Assembly (NCBI GenBank): GCA_009924895.1
Contig: RFQR01000001.1
Coordinates: 15,575-79,574, forward strand
DNA length: 64,000 bases
Direction: 5' to 3'
DNA from: a bacterium
GTDB lineage: Bacteria > Patescibacteriota > Minisyncoccia > Phycocordibacterales > UBA2100
The notes under the pieces are model-generated. The model worked only from the letters and a program-made list of their open reading frames with translations. It had not been told where the DNA came from and did not search any database. A program made the translations under genes and the position numbers. Below, one piece after another: positions 1 to 8,014 of this stretch (position 1 is its first letter; each line of letters begins with the position of its first letter).

Positions 1-602
1 AGCGTCCGGTCGACCCCTTTTGTACTTAGATTGATCTGTCCATTCTCGATCAATATATCGTCGAGAAACAAGGTGATCTCACGGTTCACCGGCGACCAAT
101 AGTCTCCACTCTCTGGAACAACAAAGTAATTGCCGTACAGCCCTAATTCTTGTTGGAGGTCTTCGCGGACATGCGGATGATACCAGTACACGCCGGCGTC
201 GGGGAATTTCAGCTTATACGAGAATGCCTCGCCCGGCCCCATTTCTTCTTGTGTTGTCTGTGAACCGTCGAACGCATTGTCCATGCGCACACCATGCGAA
301 TGGAGTAGTGTTTTCATGCCCGTGTCGTTAGTGAAATTTATTGTCACCTCTGCGCCCTGCGCGATCTTGATTAGCGGTCCCGGAATTGAACCGTTATAGG
401 CAAGCATGGTATATGTCTTTCCACCAATTTCTTTTTTAACTGGAGAAGCTACGAGATCATAGGTATCGCCGTTTTTGAGTTCAACAATTTTGCTTTGCGC
501 GACAGGCGGTATCTCTGGCCCTGGCTTAACCGAGGCGATAGTTACAATAGCGGCAAGAACCACCACGATCGCGCCCCCGATGTATAGTCGTTTATTATTC
601 AT
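1..602 (-). CDS. multicopper oxidase, N-terminal part (gene continues beyond the window start)
   Basis: Manual minus-strand translation from ATG at 600-602 gives MNNKRLYIGGAIVVVLAAIVTIASV... (signal/TM), then a cupredoxin domain with an HSHG copper-ligand motif and ...GVYWYHPH.... It is absent from the ORF track because it is truncated by the window edge. Confidence 0.75.
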   Translation of the reverse strand, partial: MNNKRLYIGGAIVVVLAAIVTIASVKPGPEIPPVAQSKIVELKNGDTYDLVASPVKKEIGGKTYTMLAYNGSIPGPLIKIAQGAEVTINFTNDTGMKTLLHSHGVRMDNAFDGSQTTQEEMGPGEAFSYKLKFPDAGVYWYHPHVREDLQQELGLYGNYFVVPESGDYWSPVNREITLFLDDILIENGQINLSTKGVDRT

Positions 603-630
603 GGTGTTTTATCTTAACCGCAGTAGTCTA

Positions 631-849
631 TTAAATAATCTCGCCGCTTTTCTCAAGTATCATGTGGTGAATAGTCGCCACTTGAGTCCATATAGCTATG
701 AGGACTAGAATGGCGCTGCAAGCGAGTGCATCGACTTTTGTAATGCTGAAGGTGGAGTCCGCGCTCCCGAATACAGCAATGAGGAAAACGGAGACTCCTA
801 TAAAACCCGTGATTACACTCGCAACATGCATTAATTTTGATAGTTTCAT
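631..849 (-). CDS. small 2-TM membrane protein, function unknown
   Basis: 72-aa ORF in the same orientation and tightly packed within the copper operon. It has two hydrophobic helices. Confidence 0.35.
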   Translation of the reverse strand: MKLSKLMHVASVITGFIGVSVFLIAVFGSADSTFSITKVDALACSAILVLIAIWTQVATIHHMILEKSGEII

Positions 850-862
850 ATATTTTTTAGTT

Positions 863-1261
863 TTAGCTAACCTTAATTTGAAAGTTATACATTCCCATTC
901 CGCACACCCCCTGCACTTTGTCTCCAGATTTTGGAGTGCCTAAGTCAATTATTTCTTCACCTGTTGGTTGCAGTATTTTTTGGAAACCAACAGAGCGGAT
1001 TACAAGTGACGCCGTACAATCATATGTATCATCTGTCTTCACAACCAACTTGGTGGGTAATCCACCCTTGATTTGAGTAATGCGCGGGGAGTAGCCACCT
1101 TTTGCGGTAATAGTCACGTACTGTACGCCATCTCTAATTTCTACATTCTGCGATTGCGCAACTTCACCATTAGGGGATGCCGACCTATCAGAAATAAAAT
1201 ATAGAGTCCCTCCAATGAGGGCAACGCTGATGATAATGGATATGATTGTGTTTTTTTGCAT
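863..1261 (-). CDS. putative cupredoxin-like copper-binding protein
   Basis: N-terminal TM anchor followed by a beta-rich domain ending in a Cys/Met motif QGVCGMGMYNFQIKV. It lies inside the copper-resistance operon. Confidence 0.4.
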   Translation of the reverse strand: MQKNTIISIIISVALIGGTLYFISDRSASPNGEVAQSQNVEIRDGVQYVTITAKGGYSPRITQIKGGLPTKLVVKTDDTYDCTASLVIRSVGFQKILQPTGEEIIDLGTPKSGDKVQGVCGMGMYNFQIKVS

Positions 1262-1277
1262 AGATTAACTAATAAGA

Positions 1278-2285
1278 TTATATGTTAAATAAAGGGTCGA
1301 TAATGCCGAGTCCCGCTAGTCCCGCTAGAAGTGCAAAGGCTCCAAGACCAATCACTAAAACCCCAGCAGATTTAAAGAAAAGCGAAGCGTGCTTTGATTG
1401 AGCGAATGATGCAGAACCGAACGATAGTAATGCGAGCATTGGCAGTGTACCTAATGCAAAGGCTGTCATAATCAGAAATCCTGATAGAAATGAGCCACTT
1501 GAAAGTGCCGCAACCTGCATCGCTTGAGTAAATCCGCACGGCAGAAAAAATGTGCCGACACCAACCAAGAATGGGGCTATTGTCTTGTGCTCCACCTTGC
1601 GGAAGAAACTGAAAACTCCCGAAGGTAGAGCAATCATATTTTTCTCAAAAACTCCCACCAGGTTAAGCCCAAGTACAATCATCACGATTGACGCAATAAT
1701 TCCGAGTATTGCGGTAACGGTAAAACTTATACCAATTGCACTACCGATAGCACCGAGAACACCGCCAAGTATTGCAAAACTGATTAGTCTTCCACCGTGG
1801 AAAAGCATCATGGGTTTGACGTCGCTTATTTTGTCCTGAGACACTGTTGCAGAAAGAGAAAGGACAAGTCCTCCAACAACCGCAAGACAACTTGAGACAG
1901 ATGCTACCAAACCAATGATAAAACTTGTAACTGGCGTTACGGTTCCTCCTAAACCAAAGTTCAATACCCCTGACTTTTGAATAAAGAAGAAAAGAGCGAG
2001 AAAGGCAAGTCCGATAGGAAGTGCTTGAAAGAATACTCCATTATCCTTTTTCTCTTTCGTTTTTCGCTCTACAGAAAGAGTGTACCCATTGTGCTTAATT
2101 TTCTCAGTTAATATTTCCGCAAGTTTATGTTGACTCTCATCAAGAGTAGTATCGATAGTTACTGTTTCTTGCTTCAGATCAACACTTATACGATCGATAC
2201 CAATCTGCTCACTTAGAGTATCCTCGATGAAGATTTTACATGAAGGACAATGGGTACCTGAAACGTGGAATGTGTAGGTTTTCAT
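1278..2285 (-). CDS. heavy-metal-associated (HMA) domain fused to a CcdA/DsbD-like multi-TM permease
   Basis: The N-terminus carries GTHCPSCK, a variant of the GMxCxxC HMA motif. The C-terminus is polytopic with FLPCGF and SSC motifs typical of DsbD_2/CcdA-type thiol-disulfide transporters. It overlaps the upstream gene by 4 bp. Confidence 0.55.
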   Translation of the reverse strand: MKTYTFHVSGTHCPSCKIFIEDTLSEQIGIDRISVDLKQETVTIDTTLDESQHKLAEILTEKIKHNGYTLSVERKTKEKKDNGVFFQALPIGLAFLALFFFIQKSGVLNFGLGGTVTPVTSFIIGLVASVSSCLAVVGGLVLSLSATVSQDKISDVKPMMLFHGGRLISFAILGGVLGAIGSAIGISFTVTAILGIIASIVMIVLGLNLVGVFEKNMIALPSGVFSFFRKVEHKTIAPFLVGVGTFFLPCGFTQAMQVAALSSGSFLSGFLIMTAFALGTLPMLALLSFGSASFAQSKHASLFFKSAGVLVIGLGAFALLAGLAGLGIIDPLFNI

Positions 2286-2689
2286 AAGTCTTTTGTTATT
2301 GTTCTAAGACGACCCCATTCTTTCCAGAAAAAATAAGCAATAACCGGAAATGCGAGAGATGTTATGAGCCCTGGATAATATCCGCCAGCAAGAACTGCTT
2401 TGACGATGTGGTGAAGCTCAAAGATATACACAACTCCTATAACCCCCAACAAATAAAATCGCCACCGTTCGCCTAATAGAAGCACTAGCGAGACAAGGAG
2501 CAGCAACCAGAACATGAGTTGGAAGGTTACAAACATGACACCGTGCAGTGAGAGCTGTGCGAACGGCTGAAAAAGATATGCATCCCATGCGTCCATTTCA
2601 TAAAACCCCGTGAATATCTCTTCAATCCCGTGCGCAATAAAAAACGGAATTGAGAGCGCAAATATGTATTTTATTTTTTTCGATATCAT
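2282..2689 (-). CDS. HXXEE-domain membrane protein
   Basis: HGIEE motif at the N-terminus. It has 4 TM segments and the length typical of the HXXEE family. Confidence 0.55.
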   Translation of the reverse strand: MISKKIKYIFALSIPFFIAHGIEEIFTGFYEMDAWDAYLFQPFAQLSLHGVMFVTFQLMFWLLLLVSLVLLLGERWRFYLLGVIGVVYIFELHHIVKAVLAGGYYPGLITSLAFPVIAYFFWKEWGRLRTITKDL

Positions 2690-2691
2690 AG

Positions 2692-5004
2692 TTATATTTT
2701 CATTGCCTTAAGACGAAGCGCATTCCCGACCACTGAAACGCTTGAAAGTGCCATTGCGAGTCCGGCGAATACAGGAGATAAGAGCCAACCGAATATCGGA
2801 TAGAAGAGTCCTGCAGCGAGCGGAATCCCCACAATGTTGTAGACGAATGCAAAGAATAGATTTTGCTTTATTCCTCGCATAGTCATCTTTGAGAGTTTGA
2901 TAGCCTTAACAAGCTTCGAGATATCTCCATGGAGGAGTGTGATACCCGCCGACTCAATCGCAACATCAGTGCCTGTCGCCATTGCGATACCCACATCTGC
3001 CTGTGCAAGTGCTGGTGCATCATTTACACCATCACCTGCCATTGCGACTATCTTGCCTTGCGATTGCAGTTCTTTAATTTTCTTTAGTTTGTCTTCGGGC
3101 AGTACCTGAGCGACTACCTCGTCGATGCCGACCTGCTGTGCGATATAAGCGGCAGTATTTTTGTCATCCCCCGTCAGCATGACGGTTCTGATGCCGAGCT
3201 TGTGCAGATTCCGTACGGCTTCAATCGCTTCAGGCTTAATCGCGTCTGAAACGAGAACTGCCGCGAGTATCCTTTCTTTAGTTGCAAGAATGACGGGCGT
3301 CCTCCCGTTTTTCGTTTCTGTTTCAAGCGAGGCGGCATCAAAAGACAGCTGCAAGTCTCTTGCTAGAGCAAGATTTCCTGCAAAATACTCAACACCATCT
3401 ATTACTCCTCTAAGTCCTTTGCCTTTGATGATCTCGAAGCGTTGCGCGCTTTGTATCGTCAGTTTCTTCTCTTTCGCATACGCCACAATAGCGTGAGCAA
3501 TGGGGTGCTCTGATTTGTTTTCGAGCGTCGCGAGAATTGAAGCTATTTCGTCCTCTTTCATATCTGTATAGTTTTGGATTGAGATCAATTCCGGCTTTCC
3601 TTTGGTGATCGTCCCGGTCTTATCAACTACGACAACATTCACTTTGTGGAGCTTTTCGAGCGTCGCGGCATCTTTAATGAGAATGCCTTCTTTTGCGCCC
3701 TTACCTACACCCACAATGATTGCGACTGGGGTGGCGAGCCCAAGAGCACATGGGCACGCAATCACGAGTATCCCAACGAATGAGACAAGCCCGAATGACA
3801 AGGCCTGTGCAAAGCCGAAGTATCCAGTCCCAAGAACAAGCCATGCGCCAAGCGTGACCACCGCAAGAACGAGAACCGTCGGAACAAAAACACTTGAAAT
3901 CTTGTCTGCAAGCGCTTGGATGGGAGCTCTACTCCCTTGGGCTTCTTCCACCATCTTAACGATTTGAGAGAGCATAGTCTCAGAGCCAACTTTTGTCGCC
4001 CTGAACGTGAATGCGCCAGTTGTGTTGATGGTTCCCGCAACGACAGTGTCTCCAGTATTTTTCTCAATAGGAATCGGCTCACCACTTATCATGGCTTCAT
4101 CTACAAAGGACGACCCTTCCGTAAGCACCCCATCGACAGGAATTTTCCCGGCTGGCTTTACTAGAATCAGATCGCCATGCACCACTTGATTCACTGGAAT
4201 TTCTTGCTCTTTTCCGTCACGAATAACTAAAGCTGTTTTTGCTTGAAGGTTGAGAAGCTTTTCAATAGCATCTCCCGTTTTTATCTTTGATCGTGCCTCT
4301 AAATATTTACCGAACGTAATGAAAGCAATAACCACTATCGTCACATCGTAGTAGGTGTACTCAACATTGATAAATTGGCGTAGTGGCTCCTCAAGTGCGG
4401 TGACCGCGATGCTGTAAACATACGCGGCGGTCGTACCGATGCCAATGAGTGTATCCATATTTGCTTTCCCGTAGCGGAAGAAACGATACATGCCCATGAG
4501 ATAGGGCTTACCAACGACAAAGAGCACGTAGGTCGCCATGAGTGGCAGGAGATGATGGAAAAATTCAGACCAAACGTACGGCACGGCCGGGAGTACCTCA
4601 AATTGGGCGAGCATATCCCAACCCATCACGAAAATACTGAAAATAGTGAGTGGAATCACGGAGAGTACCTTTGTCTTCATTTCCTCAACTTCTTTCAGTT
4701 TTACTTCCTTTGATTGCTTCAATCCGAGATGAGCGGCATGTTCATCAGGTGACATGCCCATTTCTGCTGCGGACATTGTGGAATGATCTACAGTGGGAAG
4801 GATGAGAGAGTAACCGAGCGTCTCAATTTTCTTTGAGAGCTCATGGGGATTCGTTTTTTGCTCATCAAAAGATACTTTTGCGGTTTCAGTACCATAGTTC
4901 ACTTCAGCTGAATGAACGCCATCCGTTTTCTTAAAGGTCTTTTCGATCATTGAGGAACATGAAGCGCAGTGCATTCCTTTTACTCTGTACGTTTGTGTGT
5001 GCAT
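2692..5004 (-). CDS. copA: copper-translocating P1B-type ATPase
   Basis: N-terminal HMA motif GMHCASC. Membrane CPC motif IACPCALGLATP. Phosphorylation site VVVDKTGTIT. Hinge motif GDGVNDAPAL. Length 770 aa. Confidence 0.95.
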   Translation of the reverse strand: MHTQTYRVKGMHCASCSSMIEKTFKKTDGVHSAEVNYGTETAKVSFDEQKTNPHELSKKIETLGYSLILPTVDHSTMSAAEMGMSPDEHAAHLGLKQSKEVKLKEVEEMKTKVLSVIPLTIFSIFVMGWDMLAQFEVLPAVPYVWSEFFHHLLPLMATYVLFVVGKPYLMGMYRFFRYGKANMDTLIGIGTTAAYVYSIAVTALEEPLRQFINVEYTYYDVTIVVIAFITFGKYLEARSKIKTGDAIEKLLNLQAKTALVIRDGKEQEIPVNQVVHGDLILVKPAGKIPVDGVLTEGSSFVDEAMISGEPIPIEKNTGDTVVAGTINTTGAFTFRATKVGSETMLSQIVKMVEEAQGSRAPIQALADKISSVFVPTVLVLAVVTLGAWLVLGTGYFGFAQALSFGLVSFVGILVIACPCALGLATPVAIIVGVGKGAKEGILIKDAATLEKLHKVNVVVVDKTGTITKGKPELISIQNYTDMKEDEIASILATLENKSEHPIAHAIVAYAKEKKLTIQSAQRFEIIKGKGLRGVIDGVEYFAGNLALARDLQLSFDAASLETETKNGRTPVILATKERILAAVLVSDAIKPEAIEAVRNLHKLGIRTVMLTGDDKNTAAYIAQQVGIDEVVAQVLPEDKLKKIKELQSQGKIVAMAGDGVNDAPALAQADVGIAMATGTDVAIESAGITLLHGDISKLVKAIKLSKMTMRGIKQNLFFAFVYNIVGIPLAAGLFYPIFGWLLSPVFAGLAMALSSVSVVGNALRLKAMKI

Positions 5005-5005
5005 A

Positions 5006-5281
5006 CTATTTTCTTTTCAGCTTATACACCTTAAGAATTTCTTCCTTTGCCTTACTGGTCTGCCCGGATTTTATTTGATTCAAAATGCAGCCGCCGAGAT
5101 GGTTTTCGAGCAGAAGATCCTCAACGTTTGAAAGACCCTGCTTGACAGCTGAGGTTTGCGTAATTACATCGATGCAATAAGTATCGTTTTCGACCATCTT
5201 TTGAAGCCCGCGCACCTGACCCTCAAGAAGCTTGAGTCGTCGAATGATTCGACCCTTACTTTTATCTTCCATGTATTTCAT
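5006..5281 (-). CDS. csoR: CsoR-family copper-sensing transcriptional repressor
   Basis: 91 aa with a Cys...His-x3-Cys ligand pattern (DTYCID ... ENHLGGC), which matches CsoR rather than RcnR. It sits immediately upstream of copA and is co-oriented with it. Confidence 0.85.
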   Translation of the reverse strand: MKYMEDKSKGRIIRRLKLLEGQVRGLQKMVENDTYCIDVITQTSAVKQGLSNVEDLLLENHLGGCILNQIKSGQTSKAKEEILKVYKLKRK

Positions 5282-5292
5282 ATATAGATACT

Positions 5293-5310
5293 ATACCCCC
5301 TAGGGGGTAT
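5293..5310. promoter_or_regulatory. candidate CsoR operator: perfect 18-bp palindrome ATACCCCCTAGGGGGTAT overlapping a putative -10 (TATAGT)
   Basis: Read directly from the sequence. It lies 12 bp upstream of the csoR start on the minus strand. Known CsoR operators are GC-tract pseudo-palindromes of this kind. Confidence 0.6.
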
Positions 5311-5380
5311 ACGTGTAAAGTACTCGCTTCCGAGTTACCAACACTCGGGCATTTGGGGCGCTCTGGACTCCTAGGGAGGG

Positions 5381-6733
5381 TTGCGTCATTCCTTGTGTTG
5401 TATGGAAAAAACAACAACATCAAGGACTAACCTCGGCGTGAGGCAGGTTGAGCCAGCTCCTGTAATTAAATACTGCCTCTACGCAAGAAAGTCGACTGAA
5501 AGCGAGGAACGACAAATCCTCTCTATCGATAGTCAGATTAAAGAGATGATTCAACTCGCAGAACGCGAGGGTCTTGAGATAGTCGAAATCAAGCGAGAGT
5601 CACACTCCGCAAAAGAGACAGGACAAAGACCTGTCTTCAACGAAATTATCGAAGAGATACGGCAAGGAAAATTCACAGGAATACTGACGTGGGCACCAGA
5701 TCGCATCAGCAGAAATGCTGGAGACCTCGGAAAGATAGTGGACCTGATGGATGCAAAGCTTCTCGTCGAGATTCGCACATTCGGACAAAGATTCACCAAT
5801 AGCCCAAGTGAGAAATTCCTGTTGATGATTCTCGGAAGTCAGGCGAAGCTTGAGAACGATAACCGAGGTATCAACGTGAAGCGTGGACTGCGAACTAGAG
5901 TGGAGATGGGGCTATGGCCTGGAGTGGCACCGCTTGGATATCTGAATCAAAAACTGATGGACAAGAAGTGTCAGATTGCCGTTGATACAGCACGTGCTCC
6001 AATAGTTAAGAAAATGTTCGAAAAAGTTGCATACGAACATTACTCGGGCAGAAAGATTTACAACTGGCTGAAGTTTGAACTGAACTTTCATACGCGCGGA
6101 AACAAACCACTGACGCTAAGTGGTGTGTATCGCATGCTCGACAATCCGTTCTACTACGGACCATTCGAGTATCCGAGAGAAAGTGGCAACTGGTATCAGG
6201 GCAAACACACGCCGCTTATCACTCAAGAATTATTTGAGAAAGCACAAGCACAACTGAAGCGTGACCAGATAGTGAGGGAGAACAAGGAGTTCGCCTTCAC
6301 CAAATTATTCACCTGCGGATACTGCCAGAGCGGTATATCAGCCGAAGAAAAGTGGAAACCACTCAAAGATGGAACATCAGCACACTACATTTACTACGGA
6401 TGCAGTCGAGCGAGAGACAGAAACTGCAAGAACAAATACATACGTGAGGAAGAACTGATAGACGAGCTACTGAAAATAATTGACGTGGTAAACATAAACG
6501 AGCTGGGCATGAGGCAAAAGCTGGAAGATGAGATACGACGATTCAATAAACTACAAAAGATAGTAAATGGGAGAAGTGGACACGGATTGGTGGAAGAAGA
6601 TGATGTGAACATCAGACAATACGCAAAATACCTTCTCAAAGAAGGAAGTACATCAGACAAGAGAGAACTGCTCGCGAACCTACGAAGCAGACTGAACTAC
6701 AAGGACAAAAAGATAACGATGATGGAGGAGTAG
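5381..6733 (+). CDS. large serine recombinase (resolvase/invertase N-domain, recombinase domain and zinc ribbon)
   Basis: N-terminal YARKSTESEERQ...SIDSQ catalytic-serine motif. C-terminal Cys-rich CGYCQSG...YYGCSRARDRNCKNK zinc ribbon. Length 450 aa. Confidence 0.9.
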   Translation: MRHSLCCMEKTTTSRTNLGVRQVEPAPVIKYCLYARKSTESEERQILSIDSQIKEMIQLAEREGLEIVEIKRESHSAKETGQRPVFNEIIEEIRQGKFTGILTWAPDRISRNAGDLGKIVDLMDAKLLVEIRTFGQRFTNSPSEKFLLMILGSQAKLENDNRGINVKRGLRTRVEMGLWPGVAPLGYLNQKLMDKKCQIAVDTARAPIVKKMFEKVAYEHYSGRKIYNWLKFELNFHTRGNKPLTLSGVYRMLDNPFYYGPFEYPRESGNWYQGKHTPLITQELFEKAQAQLKRDQIVRENKEFAFTKLFTCGYCQSGISAEEKWKPLKDGTSAHYIYYGCSRARDRNCKNKYIREEELIDELLKIIDVVNINELGMRQKLEDEIRRFNKLQKIVNGRSGHGLVEEDDVNIRQYAKYLLKEGSTSDKRELLANLRSRLNYKDKKITMMEE

Positions 6734-6740
6734 AGCAAAC

Positions 6741-6777
6741 AAAAAAGAACGACCGAAATCGTTCTTTTTTGTTACAA
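6741..6777 (+). terminator. rho-independent terminator after the recombinase
   Basis: AAGAACGACCGAAATCGTTCTTTTTTG: an 8-bp stem followed by a T6 run. Confidence 0.6.
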
Positions 6778-6842
6778 CTTTTTGGGCACTCGGGTCACAG
6801 CTTGCTCGCTATCACTCGGGTCATGCCGATAAAAAGTTGTCC

Positions 6843-6930
6843 TGGCGGAGAGGGAGGGATTCGAACCCTCGATGCCTTGCGACATGGCGCTTTTCGAGAG
6901 CGCTCGTTTCAACCACTCACGCACCTCTCC
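6843..6930 (-). tRNA. tRNA-Ser (anticodon CGA), CCA encoded
   Basis: Manual fold of the minus-strand sequence GGAGAGGTGCGTGAGTGGTTGAAACGAGCGCTCTCGAAAAGCGC...GAGGGTTCGAATCCCTCCCTCTCCGCCA. It has a 3-bp D-stem, the anticodon loop CUCGAAA, a long variable arm and G73. Confidence 0.85.
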
Positions 6931-6976
6931 GTAGGCAGAAGAGTACTTTATTTTGTCTTCTTTTCAAAACAGGCAC

Positions 6977-7567
6977 TCAGCGCCTCTTTCTGAGATTGAG
7001 CGAAGCGAGTGTCAGTGCAGAGATTGCCTGCGAATCAGTAATAGCACCCTTCAGAATCATGTCACTTGTTTTTGAAAGTGGTAGAATCTTCATTTCTGTA
7101 ATCCCATCGGCTTCCTGTTTGTTTTTTCCAGTCTGGGTGAGTCCTGTTGCAAGGAATATGTGGGTAACTTCACTCAAAAGTCCGTTTGCAGATTGAATTG
7201 TTCCGAGCTTTTTCCACTTTTTTGCGCTTAGCCCTGTCTCTTCCCAGAGCTCGCGTTTAGCAGCTTGCAAGGGATTTTCTCCAGTATCAACGCTCCCGCC
7301 AGGCACTTCGAGCGACATTCTGTCAGTAGCATATCGGTGCACTCGCACCAACGTAACGCGCCGTTGTTTGTCGAGCGCAATAATGACCACACACGGAGGT
7401 GTATCAACAACAAAATACTCGCCCTCGGTTTGCTCTGGGGTGGTCACTCTGTCGTGTCGCACGGTGTACCACGGATTTTTATGTACCACTTTCGCCGAAA
7501 GTTGCTTCCACTGCCTTTCATACAATGAATATACCCGAGTATATGCTGCTCGAGAAGCAAGGAACAC
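6977..7567 (-). CDS. NUDIX hydrolase
   Basis: Nudix box GGSVDTGENPLQAAKRELWEETGL. Confidence 0.85.
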   Translation of the reverse strand: MFLASRAAYTRVYSLYERQWKQLSAKVVHKNPWYTVRHDRVTTPEQTEGEYFVVDTPPCVVIIALDKQRRVTLVRVHRYATDRMSLEVPGGSVDTGENPLQAAKRELWEETGLSAKKWKKLGTIQSANGLLSEVTHIFLATGLTQTGKNKQEADGITEMKILPLSKTSDMILKGAITDSQAISALTLASLNLRKRR

Positions 7568-7632
7568 GGTGTGTTACACTCGCTCTCACGCAGTGTGGGT
7601 GAGTCCTGCATGCTGTAGGATAGATTCAAAAT

Positions 7633-7719
7633 GGAGAGATGGGTGAGTGGTTTAAACCAGCGGTTTACTAAACCGTCGCTCATTAACTTGAGCCGCGAGT
7701 TCGAATCTCGCTCTCTCCG
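7633..7719 (+). tRNA. type II tRNA, Ser-like (G73, long variable arm). The anticodon loop UUACUAA gives ACU in the U33 register and CUA in the alternative register.
   Basis: Manual fold: acceptor GGAGAGA/TCTCTCC, D-arm GGT..ACC, anticodon stem GCGGT/ACCGT, variable arm GCTCA-TTAACT-TGAGC, T-arm GCGAG TTCGAAT CTCGC. No CCA is encoded. Confidence 0.7.
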
Positions 7720-7873
7720 CAGTTTGAACGCAGTGAAAACTGCGGAGAGAAAAAACGTGCCTGCGCACGTTTTGTGCGGATTCGAAAAGCGGAGTCATGT
7801 TTTTGTAGAAACAAAAACGGACGAGCTAGGGTCGTGAAATTTTTCTTGTGACGACAAGAAAAATATTCCTGAC

Positions 7874-7893
7874 CGAATCTCACTCTCTCCGCA
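7874..7893 (+). repeat. 19/20-nt direct repeat of the tRNA 3' end (the copy of 7702-7721)
   Basis: CGAATCTCACTCTCTCCGCA matches CGAATCTCGCTCTCTCCGCA of the tRNA T-arm/acceptor. Both copies are followed by CAGTT. Confidence 0.5.
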
Positions 7894-8014
7894 CAGTTAG
7901 ATGATGTGAGTTTTGGAACATCACATTGAAGGGAGAACGCATTGAAAACGTTAGCTTTTCTGCGTTCAGCGTGCAGTTCTGAAGGTCACGGGATATTTTC
8001 TGGCTTTATGCACC

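Noticed and set aside
2897-4601. Multiple plus- and minus-strand ORFs nested inside copA (2897..3109, 3161..3496, 3602..3967, 3762..4085 and others)
   Set aside because: They lie inside or antisense to a confidently identified, full-length P-type ATPase and have low-complexity Ala/Ser/Pro-rich translations typical of alternative frames of a coding region.
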